Below, piece by piece: positions 17,446 to 25,864 of a DNA stretch of 64,000 bases. The translations under genes were made by a program, and so were the position numbers. The notes under the pieces are model-generated. The model was not told where the DNA came from. It was given only the letters and a program-made list of their open reading frames with translations, and did no database searches. This DNA comes from Collinsella sp. (lineage in GTDB: Bacteria > Actinomycetota > Coriobacteriia > Coriobacteriales > Coriobacteriaceae), in contig DBFSET010000008.1 in NCBI GenBank assembly GCA_048416615.1, positions 48,206-112,205 on the forward strand, in the 5' to 3' direction. Positions within the stretch are counted from its first letter, which is position 1; the number at the start of each line of letters is the position of its first letter.

Positions 17446-17823
17446 TTAGAGAGCGGCAACGACCTCGATCTCGACCAGACCGCCAGCCGGAAGGGCGGCA
17501 ACCTGGAAGGCGCTGCGCGCGGGGAACGGGGCCTCAAACTTGGAGGCGTAGATCTCGTTCACGGCGGCGAAGTCGGCGATGTCGGCCAGGTAGACCGTGG
17601 TCTTGACGACATCGGCAAAGGTAGCGCCGGCAGCGGTCAGCAGGGCCTCGACGTTGGCGAGGGACTGCTTGGCCTGGGCCTCGACGCCCTCGGGCATCTT
17701 GCCGGTCGCGGGATCGATGCCCAGCTGGCCGGACAGGAACACCATGTTGCCGGCCTGGATACCGGGGGAATACGGGCCGATGGCTGCGGGTGCGTTATCG
17801 GAAGACACGACGGTCTTGCTCAT
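17446..17823 (-). CDS. ridA: RidA/YjgF/UK114 family reactive-intermediate deaminase
   Basis: Start at Met26 of the ORF-track protein (AGGAGA RBS). MSKTVVSSDNAPAAIGPYSPGIQAGNMVFLSGQLGIDPATGKM...ARSAFQVAALPAGGLVEIEVVA is a textbook RidA sequence. Confidence 0.93.
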   Translation of the reverse strand: MSKTVVSSDNAPAAIGPYSPGIQAGNMVFLSGQLGIDPATGKMPEGVEAQAKQSLANVEALLTAAGATFADVVKTTVYLADIADFAAVNEIYASKFEAPFPARSAFQVAALPAGGLVEIEVVAAL

Positions 17824-18123
17824 GTTTTTCTCCTTACGATCAATTGAGAGAGCGTGAGCGCGGTGTTCACACCGGGAGGCACAGTTCGGTCTGAACACCG
17901 CGCTTGATTGGGATAGTACTCAAGGTTTCTGTTTGATGCAAGAATATTATCAGCTTGCGAGAATATTTTATCGCCCAACGGTTTCCCCGAACCGCTGAAC
18001 GGTTCTCATGTGGAGCAGCCAGTCCAAGCTGCTGAAGACTTTGTCCTGCTTAGGCTGCGGGCGTCGCCCACCGCAGCGACGCCACTATACTTTTGAATAT
18101 CTGAGCATTTTGAAAGGCAGGAT

Positions 18124-20619
18124 ATGACCGCAACCGCCAGCCGAACCACTAACCGCAGGCCCGAGCTTTTGGCCCCCGCCGGAGGCCCGGAGCCCTTTGC
18201 CGCCGCGCTCGCCGCCGGGGCAGACGCCATCTACTGCGGCATGGGCAGCTTCAACGCCCGCCGCAAGGCAACCAACTTTACCGACGAGGCCTTTGAGCAA
18301 GCCTGCCGCGCCGCGCATCTAGCCGGGTCGCGCGTCTACGTCACGGTCAACATCGTCATCAAGCAGTCCGAGATGGGCGATGCACTGCAGCTCATTCATC
18401 GCTGCTCCACGCTGGGCGCCGATGCCTTCATTATCCAGGACTGGGGTCTGTTCTTTGAGGCCAAGCGCACCATGCCCGGCATCGAGACACATATCTCGAC
18501 CCAGGCGAACATCCACGACGACCGCGGAACTATCTGGTGCCGCGAGCAGGGCGCCGACCGCGTGACTCTCTCGCGCGAGCTCTCCATCGACGAGATCGCC
18601 GCCATTCACAACGCCGCGCCCGATGTGGACCTCGAGGTCTTTAGCCACGGCGCCATCTGCTTTTGCTACTCGGGTCTATGCCTGCTGTCGAGCTTTGCCA
18701 TGGCGGGCCGCTCGGCCAACCGCGGCATGTGCGCTCAGCCCTGTCGCCTGCCTTACGAGCTGATCGACGAGAACGGCCGCTCGCTCTCCCCTGCCGGTCG
18801 CGAGCGCGCGCTGTGCCCGCGCGACACCAACACTTCGCAGCTTGTTCGCCGTCTGTATGACGCCGGCGCCGCATCGCTCAAGCTCGAGGGCCGCATGAAG
18901 GCTCCCGATTACGTGTATTCCATCGTCGACGTGTACCGTCATCAGATTGATGACATGCTTGCCGATGTTTCGACCTCTAAGGATGAGGATGCCGCCCGCC
19001 AGCGACAGCTCAAGCGCTGCTTTAACCGCGACTTTACGCACGCCTACCAAGACGGTACCTCGGGCGACGAGATGATGAGCTACGAGCGCTCCAACAACCG
19101 CGGCCAGATTGTGGGCACGGTGCTGGGCAGCCGCCTGGCCAACCGCGATGTACGCGGACTCAAGCCCGACGATCGCCGTCGCCGCGCCGCCATCGCCCGC
19201 ATTGAGCTGTTTGAGCCCGTGGGCAAGGGCGACCTGCTGGAGCTCCGCCACGATAACGAGTTTGACCAGTTCCTGACCACCATCGCCGCCGATGATGCCG
19301 CTGCCGGCGATGTTATCGAGTGTCGCGTGCCCCGTAGCATGCCCGAGGGCTGCCGCGTGCGCGTGATTCGAAGCCAGCGCGCCATTGACGCCGCCGGCGC
19401 CGCGCTCAAGCGCGATGTGCTGCGCCGCCGCGCCGTAGACGTGTCCGTTGTGGCACGTCTGGGCGAGCCGTTTACTGTCACACTCACCTGCTGTGACAAC
19501 GCCATGCTCACCGCTACCGCCACGGGCTTCATCGTCGAGGCCGCCAAGACCCGCGCCGTCGAGGCGGCAGACCTGGTTGAGCATGTGGGCCGCATGGGCT
19601 CCTCTCCCTTTGAGGCCGCGAGCTTTGACGTTTCGCTCGACGCCGGCTGCGGTATGGGCTTCTCCGCCGTGCACAAGGTGCGCGCCGCCGCCTGTAAAGC
19701 ATTGGAGGAGGCCATTCTGGCGCCGTACGAGGAGCGCGCGAAAACGCTCGAGCTGCCGGCGATTGTAACCAGTGATTCCCGCCCCGCGCCCGAGCACTAC
19801 CGCGATGAGCCGCAAATCTGCGCCACCGCCACCTCGCTCGAGGCCGCCGAGGCCGCTCGCGCCGAGGGTGTAACGCGCATCTATATGACCACCGATGCGC
19901 TCGAGGCTGTCGGACTCTCCCCTGCCGATGCATTTGACCAGGGTATCGTGCCCGTACTCGACGAGGTCTGCCGCGCCGTCGACCACGTACGCGTCGACCC
20001 GTGGGTTGTTGCCGGCGCTACGGTCGCTATTGGCAACATCTCTGAGCTTGCCCTGGCCGCCCAGGTTGGCGCCACGGCCGAGATTCGCTCTTGCCTGCCG
20101 GTGCACAACACGCCCTGCATGGAGGCGCTTGCCGAGCGCGGAGCCGGTGCATTTTGGCTCTCGCCCGAGATCACGCTCGACGAGATTGTCTCGCTCGGCG
20201 CCGCCGCGCCCGCGACTCTGGGCATCACCGTCTTTGGCCGCCCGCGCGTCATGACAAGCGAGCATTGCATTCTGCAAGTTGCCAACGGCTGCATCCACGA
20301 TTGCGCCAACTGCCGCCTGCGTGCCCGCAAGCTCTCGCTCAAGAATATCGACGGCAAGGTCATGCCCGTACGCACCGACATCCATGGCCGCTCTCGCTTG
20401 TACGACGCCTACCCCATCGACCTCACGCCTCAGGTTCCACAGTTACTCGATGCCGGCGTGCGCCGTCTTATGGTCGACGGAACCCTGCTCGAGGCCGATG
20501 AGATCGCCCGTGCCGTCGCTCGCGTCCGTCGCGCCGTCGAGGCGGCTCAAGCCGGCCGCAAGCCCGCCGCCCGCCTGCGCGGCGCCACCTCGGGCTGCAT
20601 GTTTGTGGGAATCAGCTAA
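18124..20619 (+). CDS. peptidase U32 family protein (collagenase-like / RNA-hydroxylation-associated family)
   Basis: 831 aa. N-terminus RPELLAPAGGPEPFAAALAAGADAIYCGMGSFNARRKATNF...AGSRVYVTVN is typical of U32 (PrtC/YegQ/RlhA-like) proteins. GAAAGG RBS. Confidence 0.85.
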   Translation: MTATASRTTNRRPELLAPAGGPEPFAAALAAGADAIYCGMGSFNARRKATNFTDEAFEQACRAAHLAGSRVYVTVNIVIKQSEMGDALQLIHRCSTLGADAFIIQDWGLFFEAKRTMPGIETHISTQANIHDDRGTIWCREQGADRVTLSRELSIDEIAAIHNAAPDVDLEVFSHGAICFCYSGLCLLSSFAMAGRSANRGMCAQPCRLPYELIDENGRSLSPAGRERALCPRDTNTSQLVRRLYDAGAASLKLEGRMKAPDYVYSIVDVYRHQIDDMLADVSTSKDEDAARQRQLKRCFNRDFTHAYQDGTSGDEMMSYERSNNRGQIVGTVLGSRLANRDVRGLKPDDRRRRAAIARIELFEPVGKGDLLELRHDNEFDQFLTTIAADDAAAGDVIECRVPRSMPEGCRVRVIRSQRAIDAAGAALKRDVLRRRAVDVSVVARLGEPFTVTLTCCDNAMLTATATGFIVEAAKTRAVEAADLVEHVGRMGSSPFEAASFDVSLDAGCGMGFSAVHKVRAAACKALEEAILAPYEERAKTLELPAIVTSDSRPAPEHYRDEPQICATATSLEAAEAARAEGVTRIYMTTDALEAVGLSPADAFDQGIVPVLDEVCRAVDHVRVDPWVVAGATVAIGNISELALAAQVGATAEIRSCLPVHNTPCMEALAERGAGAFWLSPEITLDEIVSLGAAAPATLGITVFGRPRVMTSEHCILQVANGCIHDCANCRLRARKLSLKNIDGKVMPVRTDIHGRSRLYDAYPIDLTPQVPQLLDAGVRRLMVDGTLLEADEIARAVARVRRAVEAAQAGRKPAARLRGATSGCMFVGIS

Positions 20620-20634
20620 CCGAAAGGCTTACAC

Positions 20635-21294
20635 GTGAACGAAGAACCTCAAGTCCTCTACTGCGATGCCTGGCTCATGGCCATCGACAAGCCCGCCGGC
20701 ATGATCGTCCACGGCGACGGCACCGGTGAACGCACACTTACCGACTACGCCAGCGACCTGCTGCTGGCGATGGGCGACGGCTTTGCCGCGACCGACATGC
20801 AGCCGCTCAACCGCCTGGACCGCAACACCACCGGCGTTGTGCTGTTCTCGCTCGACAAGCAGACGCAACCCGCTTTTGACCAGATGGTCATCGACCACGC
20901 CTTCGAAAAGCACTATCTGGCGCTCGCCGAGGGCAAGATCGACTGGAACGAAAAGCTCATCGACAAGCCCATCGCCCGCGACCGCCACGACAGCCGCAAG
21001 ATGCGCGTCGGTGCCAGCGGCAAGCCGTCGCAGACGCGCGTGAAGGTGCTCAAGCGCCTTAAGAGCCGTCGTGGCCTGCCCACGCGTTCGTATATCGATG
21101 TTGAGCTGCTCACCGGTCGCAAACACCAGATCCGTGTGCACCTGGCCAGCGAGCGTCACCCCCTGGTTGGCGACGACCTGTACGGAACGCCGCGCCCCTG
21201 CGGCCTGATGCTCCACGCCCACAGCGTGTCCTTCACGCATCCCGTAACCGGCGAGCACATCCACATCGAAGCCCCCTGCCCCTGGGAGCCCTAA
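20635..21294 (+). CDS. RluA-family pseudouridine synthase
   Basis: 219 aa. Catalytic block NRLDRNTTGVVLF and the HQIRVHLA motif. Starts 15 nt after the U32 gene stop. Confidence 0.9.
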   Translation: MNEEPQVLYCDAWLMAIDKPAGMIVHGDGTGERTLTDYASDLLLAMGDGFAATDMQPLNRLDRNTTGVVLFSLDKQTQPAFDQMVIDHAFEKHYLALAEGKIDWNEKLIDKPIARDRHDSRKMRVGASGKPSQTRVKVLKRLKSRRGLPTRSYIDVELLTGRKHQIRVHLASERHPLVGDDLYGTPRPCGLMLHAHSVSFTHPVTGEHIHIEAPCPWEP

Positions 21295-21333
21295 ACCACC
21301 ACAATGGGGACAGGCACCTTTGTGGTGGTTTTG
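21293..21333 (+). terminator. terminator-like hairpin after the rluA-family gene (left copy of a 41-43-bp direct repeat)
   Basis: AAACCACCACAA-tggggacaggcacct-TTGTGGTGGTTTTG begins inside the stop codon of the gene. Confidence 0.7.
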
Positions 21334-21360
21334 CCGCAATGGCCCAGCCACGGTCCCAAA

Positions 21361-21580
21361 ATGTCTCGATCTGTAACAGTTAGAACCCATTTTCCGGTCT
21401 ATCTGTTACAGATCGAGACATTCGAATCCCCCTCAAGGAAAAATCTCAATCTGTAACAGTAACTCGGCAAAATCAGTCCCAGATGTTACAGATTGAGACA
21501 AAGGGACGGCGCGGTTCGGAAGTATCTCAATCTGTAACACCTAGCCCACTTTTAACGGTCCAGTTGTTACAGACGTAGAC
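21361..21580. repeat. array of three ~80-bp units, each a 15-19-bp-stem hairpin built on TCTC[G/A]ATCTGTAACA
   Basis: Arms at 21361-21379/21403-21421 (19 bp, perfect), 21444-21458/21484-21498 (15 bp, perfect) and 21523-21539/21565-21580 (degenerate). The six arm copies alternate in orientation with about 40-bp spacing. Confidence 0.9.
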
Positions 21581-21596
21581 AAACCGGTAGACAACG

Positions 21597-21634
21597 AAAG
21601 CGGTAACGCCCGTGATGGACGTTGCCGCTTTTCT
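21597..21634 (+). terminator. plus-strand terminator-like hairpin inside the spacer
   Basis: AAAGCGGTAACG-cccgtgatgga-CGTTGCCGCTTTTCT. The one non-Watson-Crick pair is T.G, a wobble only in a plus-strand RNA. Confidence 0.5.
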
Positions 21635-21661
21635 ATTGAGAAAACTACTCGGTTTCCGTTG

Positions 21662-21704
21662 CTAACCACCACAATGGGGACAGGCACCTTCGCGGTGGTT
21701 TTGG
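21662..21704. repeat. right copy of the direct repeat (near-duplicate of 21293-21333)
   Basis: CTAACCACCACAATGGGGACAGGCACCTTCGCGGTGGTTTTGG versus CTAAACCACCACAATGGGGACAGGCACCTTTGTGGTGGTTTTG. Confidence 0.9.
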
Positions 21705-21724
21705 CCTTAGCCCGTCCCCTGCTG

Positions 21725-22471
21725 TTAGACCGTGATGACGTTGTCCATTGCCCGGTACTTGGCGGGAACCTCGCCTGCGGTAATAATCGTTGCGTCGCGG
21801 AAGTCCGCGAACTTGATGGGCGCCACCATGCCAAATTTACTGGCGTCCGAGATTACGAAGCGCTTGGCCGTATGGCGCATCGAGATACGCTTTACTTGCG
21901 CCTCCTCGATATCGGGCGCCGTGAAGCCCTGCTCGGCTGCAATGCCGTTAGAGCCCCAAAAGCCACAGTTGAAGTTGTAGCGGTCTAAGGTTGCCAAGGC
22001 ATCGGGGCCAACGAGCGCCTCGGTCTCGGGTTTGAGCTCGCCGCCCAGCACCACGGTACGCATGCCGCGCAAAGCAAGGCGCTGAGCATGGAGCACGGAA
22101 TCGGTCACATAGGTGACATCTTCAAGGTGTGGAAGATGCTCGATGAGCCTGAGCGTCGTCGAGCCCGAGTCGATGTATACAAAGCTCTCAGGCTCCACAA
22201 GCGCCGCCGCACGGGCGCAGATACGCTCCTTGTCGTCGTTATGGAGGTCGCTGCGCTCATTAAGCGTTAGGTCGCGCGTCACGTGCGCGCGCTCAAGACT
22301 CGTCGCCCCACCGTGGACCTTGGCGATACGGTGCGCTCGGTCGAGCGTCTGCAGGTCGCGCCGAATGGTAGACGCCGTCACGCCCAGGGCCTCAGCAAGC
22401 TCCGGCACGGTAACCGAGCCGGCCTGCTGCACCATCGACACGATCGCATTGAGCCTATCTTCCGCAAGCAT
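21725..22471 (-). CDS. DeoR-family transcriptional regulator
   Basis: 248 aa. N-terminal HTH RLNAIVSMVQQAGSVTVPELAEALGVTASTIRRDLQTLD plus a DeoR-type C-terminal sugar-phosphate sensor domain. Confidence 0.9.
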   Translation of the reverse strand: MLAEDRLNAIVSMVQQAGSVTVPELAEALGVTASTIRRDLQTLDRAHRIAKVHGGATSLERAHVTRDLTLNERSDLHNDDKERICARAAALVEPESFVYIDSGSTTLRLIEHLPHLEDVTYVTDSVLHAQRLALRGMRTVVLGGELKPETEALVGPDALATLDRYNFNCGFWGSNGIAAEQGFTAPDIEEAQVKRISMRHTAKRFVISDASKFGMVAPIKFADFRDATIITAGEVPAKYRAMDNVITV

Positions 22472-22474
22472 CGC

Positions 22475-23554
22475 TTACTCCTCCTCGGGGTACACGACTC
22501 CCCAATCGGCGCGGAGCTTGGTCATAAGCTCCATTACATCAGAAGCATAATCCAGCAGCTCGCACTTGGAGTCGTCGCCGGCAACGGCCTGCTCGAGGTC
22601 AGCCATCTCGTAGCACAGGGCATAAGCCTCGGTGCCCGCGGCGACCTCCTCGCGATGACCGTCCGCGGTCCACACGATCGTCGCGTGATCGGCGCGCGGA
22701 TACTCGTTGACCTCGATATAGCACTTGTCGAAGCTGATGACCGAGCGCTTGGGCTGCTTGGAGTGGAGCGTAAGGCTCACAACACCCAGCTGCTGCTCGG
22801 CGTTACGGCAGACAATGCCGCCCGCAACGTCGACACCTGTCTCACAGGTGTTGCCCAGAGAGACGACCTCCACGGGTTGACTGGCCATAAACAGGCGCAT
22901 GACAGACAGGGCATACACGCCAATGTCGAGCATGGCGCCGCCGGCGAGACTACGGTTGTAGAACCGGTTGGTCAGGTCCCCGTACTCCTTATGGCTGCCA
23001 AAGTTGAGCTGGGCGAGGTTCATGCGACCAAAGTCGCCCGCATCCATGCGGCGGCGCAGCTCCTGATACAGCGGCATGTGAAGCACCGTGGTGGCGTCCA
23101 TAAGGACGACGTTGTGCTCGTCGGCGATGGCACGCGCCTCGTCGAGCTCAGCGGAATTGAGGGTAATGGCCTTCTCGCAGAGCACGTGCTTACCAGCTGC
23201 CAGAGCGGCTCGCAGGTAGGTGATATGCGTGTTGTGCGGCGTGGTGATATAGACGGCGTCGATGTCCGGATCGGCGTAGAGGTCCTCGACCGTCTCGTAC
23301 ACCTTCTCGACGCCATACTGCTCGGCAAAAGCCTGGGCTTTGGAAAGCGTACGGTTGGCGACACCCGCGAGCTTGCGGCCGGCCAGCGCGAGGGACTGGG
23401 CCATTTGGTTGGCGATAACACCGCACCCGATCACTGCCCAGCGAAGCTCGGGAGCCGTAAAAATGTCGTTTGGGAACGGCTGATTCTGGACCGAGGCAAA
23501 CGCCGCCTTTGCGGCTGCCTCGGCGTCGAGCGGAGCCTGTTTGGAATCTGCCAT
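22475..23554 (-). CDS. Gfo/Idh/MocA-family NAD(P)-dependent oxidoreductase
   Basis: 359 aa. Rossmann N-terminus LRWAVIGCGVIANQMA and the EKA motif (HVLCEKAIT) typical of the family. Confidence 0.85.
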   Translation of the reverse strand: MADSKQAPLDAEAAAKAAFASVQNQPFPNDIFTAPELRWAVIGCGVIANQMAQSLALAGRKLAGVANRTLSKAQAFAEQYGVEKVYETVEDLYADPDIDAVYITTPHNTHITYLRAALAAGKHVLCEKAITLNSAELDEARAIADEHNVVLMDATTVLHMPLYQELRRRMDAGDFGRMNLAQLNFGSHKEYGDLTNRFYNRSLAGGAMLDIGVYALSVMRLFMASQPVEVVSLGNTCETGVDVAGGIVCRNAEQQLGVVSLTLHSKQPKRSVISFDKCYIEVNEYPRADHATIVWTADGHREEVAAGTEAYALCYEMADLEQAVAGDDSKCELLDYASDVMELMTKLRADWGVVYPEEE

Positions 23555-23838
23555 GATGTGCCTCCTGAGTCATCGGAAGTCCTTCATTTCTAACAACCCT
23601 ATAGTCGCACAATTGCGCGCGTATCTGCTCGTGTTTGCGTATTTATTTGCTTATCGGTCATTATTTAGCCATAGTTGGCAGATGTTTGCGCGGCTATGCG
23701 CATTGTCGCGCAAGGCTATGCGCGTAAATGCGCATGCGACGATCCTTGTGAAACATAAAGGGACGGAACACCAAAGCCCTAAAAGACAGACCCAGCTGTA
23801 TTACTTCACCCCTCTGGGGGCATCAGACATCAAAGGAT

Positions 23839-23997
23839 CGTCCCAAACTGCCGGCACATAGAGACTGTCCCCCCAACGACTGGTCATTTAAGTCTGTCCC
23901 CAATGAATGGTCGTCCCCAGCTGCCGACAGAAAATGAACGCCCCCAGGTGCCGGCATTTCAACGGCCACTCATTTAAGTCTGTCCCCAATGAGTAGG
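23839..23997. repeat. degenerate tandem duplication (two units of about 73 and 86 bp)
   Basis: CATTTAAGTCTGTCCCCAATGA occurs at 23885-23906 and 23971-23992. CGTCCC[C]A[A/G]CTGCCG starts each unit (23839, 23912). Confidence 0.7.
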
Positions 23998-24001
23998 GAT
24001 A

Positions 24002-24034
24002 GAAAAAGGCCCGGGTGCCGTGGCATCCGGGCCT
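24002..24034 (-). terminator. intrinsic terminator immediately after rplX
   Basis: Minus-strand GGCCCGG-atgccacggca-CCGGGCC followed by TTTTT, about 30 nt after the rplX stop. Confidence 0.85.
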
Positions 24035-24062
24035 TTGCTGGCAACTTGATGTTGCGGGCAGC

Positions 24063-24368
24063 TTAGAACTTGTGGCCGCACTTCTTGCAGACGCGCAGCT
24101 TGTTCTTGCCGTCCTTCTCGTGACCGACGCGGGTAACCTTACCGCACTCGGGGCAGACGAGATTGACGTTGGAGGCGTCGATGGGAGCCTCCTGCGAAAC
24201 GATGCCGCCCTGCTGGTTGGCAGCGTTGGGCTTGACGGCCTTCTTGACGACCGAAACGCCCTCGACAACGACCTTGTTCTCGGCGGGGAGAGCACGCAGG
24301 ACAACGCCCTGCTTGCCGCGATCCTTACCAGAGAGAACCTGGACCTTATCGCCCTTCTTGATATACAT
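24063..24368 (-). CDS. rplX: 50S ribosomal protein L24
   Basis: [24 protein letters not shown]... contains the KOW motif; operon context. Confidence 0.97.
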   Translation of the reverse strand: MYIKKGDKVQVLSGKDRGKQGVVLRALPAENKVVVEGVSVVKKAVKPNAANQQGGIVSQEAPIDASNVNLVCPECGKVTRVGHEKDGKNKLRVCKKCGHKF

Positions 24369-24381
24369 ATATCTCCCCTAA

Positions 24382-24750
24382 CTACAGGGTCTCGGGAGCG
24401 AGCGAGACGATCTTCATGTACTTCTTGTCACGAAGCTCGCGAGCGACAGGCCCGAAGATACGGGTGCCGACGGGCGAACCATCGTTGTTGATGACAACGC
24501 AGGCGTTCTCATCAAAGCGAATGTAGGAGCCATCCTTGCGGCGGATCTCCTTAACGGTGCGAACGACGACGCAACGGACAACGTCCTTCTTCTTGACGTT
24601 GGCGCCAGGGGTAGCCTCCTGGACAGCACCGATGAACACATCGCCGATGCCTGCATAACGACGCTTGGAACCGCCAAGCACCTTGATGCAGCGAATCTTG
24701 CGAGCGCCGGAGTTGTCGGCGACGTTCAGCATGGTTTGCATCTGAATCAT
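24382..24750 (-). CDS. rplN: 50S ribosomal protein L14
   Basis: [33 protein letters not shown]... Confidence 0.98.
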   Translation of the reverse strand: MIQMQTMLNVADNSGARKIRCIKVLGGSKRRYAGIGDVFIGAVQEATPGANVKKKDVVRCVVVRTVKEIRRKDGSYIRFDENACVVINNDGSPVGTRIFGPVARELRDKKYMKIVSLAPETL

Positions 24751-24868
24751 GGTAGATGTTCCTCCGAACTAAGAACCGAAGAGAGGTGCGCAGCCTTTAT
24801 GCGGCCCGTGGTATGCAAGCCAGGCATACGCACATCTTCGGAAACGTACAAGTCGTAAGAGCGACTGC

Positions 24869-25129
24869 TTATTTAGCGCGCTCGACGACCTCGATGAGGC
24901 GCCAACGCTTCATCTTGGACATAGGACGGGTCTCCATAACGCGGACGGTGTCGCCCACGCCAGCCGTGCACTCCTCGTCGTGAGCGTGCAGCTTCTTGGA
25001 GCTGGTCATCATCTTGCCGTACTTGGGGTGACGCTTGCGCTCGGTGATGGTGACAACGATGGTCTTGGCACCGGAGACGGAGGTAACGACACCCGTACGG
25101 ACCTTACGCGAGTTACGCGAATCAGTCAT
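24869..25129 (-). CDS. rpsQ: 30S ribosomal protein S17
   Basis: RKVRTGVVTSVSGAKTIVVTITERKRHPKYGK...RPMSKMKRWRL. Confidence 0.97.
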   Translation of the reverse strand: MTDSRNSRKVRTGVVTSVSGAKTIVVTITERKRHPKYGKMMTSSKKLHAHDEECTAGVGDTVRVMETRPMSKMKRWRLIEVVERAK

Positions 25130-25145
25130 GTTCTCTCCTTAGGTC

Positions 25146-25361
25146 CTACTCGGCGACAGCGGACTTCTCCGCTGCGATCTCGCGGGCGCGCTGCTCCGTG
25201 AGGACGCGAGCGATGTCCTTCTTCACGGTGTTGACGCGAGCGGTGTTGTCCAGCTGGCTGGTGGCCATCTGGAAACGAAGGTTAAAGAGCTCGGCGCGCA
25301 TTTCCTTCAGCTTCTCAACGAGCTGAGCGTCCGAGAGCTCACGAATCTCTGCGGGCTTCAT
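25146..25361 (-). CDS. rpmC: 50S ribosomal protein L29
   Basis: [31 protein letters not shown]...; 1-nt overlap (TAATG) with rplP. Confidence 0.96.
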   Translation of the reverse strand: MKPAEIRELSDAQLVEKLKEMRAELFNLRFQMATSQLDNTARVNTVKKDIARVLTEQRAREIAAEKSAVAE

Positions 25362-25864
25362 TAGTTCTCCTCCTTGGCGGCGGCGGCGTCCTCAGCAGCC
25401 CACTTGGCCTCGAGAGCGGCCTCCTCAGCCATCTCCTTCTCGATGCGCTGCTCAGCGTTCTTGGCAGCAACAATCTTGGTCTTGATGGGAAGCTTGTGCT
25501 GTGCAAGACGCAGAGCCTCGCGAGCGACCTCCTCGGGCACGCCCTTGACCTCGAACATGATGCGGCCGGGCTTGACGACGGCCACCCACTCCTCGGGGTT
25601 ACCCTTACCAGAACCCATGCGAGTCTCGGCAGGCTTCTTGGTGATGGGCTTATCGGGGAAGATCGTGATGTAGACACGACCGCCACGCTTCATGTAGCGG
25701 GTCATGGCAATACGAGCGGCCTCGATCTGACGGTTGGTGATCCAATGGGCCTCGAGAGCCTGGATACCAAACTCGCCGAAATGCAGCTCGGTATTACCCT
25801 TGGCCTGGCCCTTCATGGAGCCACGCTGCACCTTGCGGTGAAGAATACGCTTAGGGGCAAGCAC
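25361..25864 (-). CDS. rplP: 50S ribosomal protein L16 (with about 36-aa Ala/Glu-rich C-terminal extension)
   Basis: [24 protein letters not shown]...[24 protein letters not shown]; GTG start overlapping the rpsC stop. Confidence 0.97.
   Translation of the reverse strand: MLAPKRILHRKVQRGSMKGQAKGNTELHFGEFGIQALEAHWITNRQIEAARIAMTRYMKRGGRVYITIFPDKPITKKPAETRMGSGKGNPEEWVAVVKPGRIMFEVKGVPEEVAREALRLAQHKLPIKTKIVAAKNAEQRIEKEMAEEAALEAKWAAEDAAAAKEEN

Noticed and set aside
21361-21580. Regularly spaced repeats that could be mistaken for a small CRISPR array.
   Set aside because: The repeat copies alternate in orientation, forming hairpins with their neighbours. There are only three units, the 'spacers' are partly homologous to each other, and no cas genes are in the window.
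23541-23861. A 106-aa plus-strand ORF in the spacer upstream of the oxidoreductase gene.
   Set aside because: It has no RBS, starts inside the oxidoreductase coding end, runs through promoter/repeat DNA, and gives an implausible hydrophobic, low-complexity translation.
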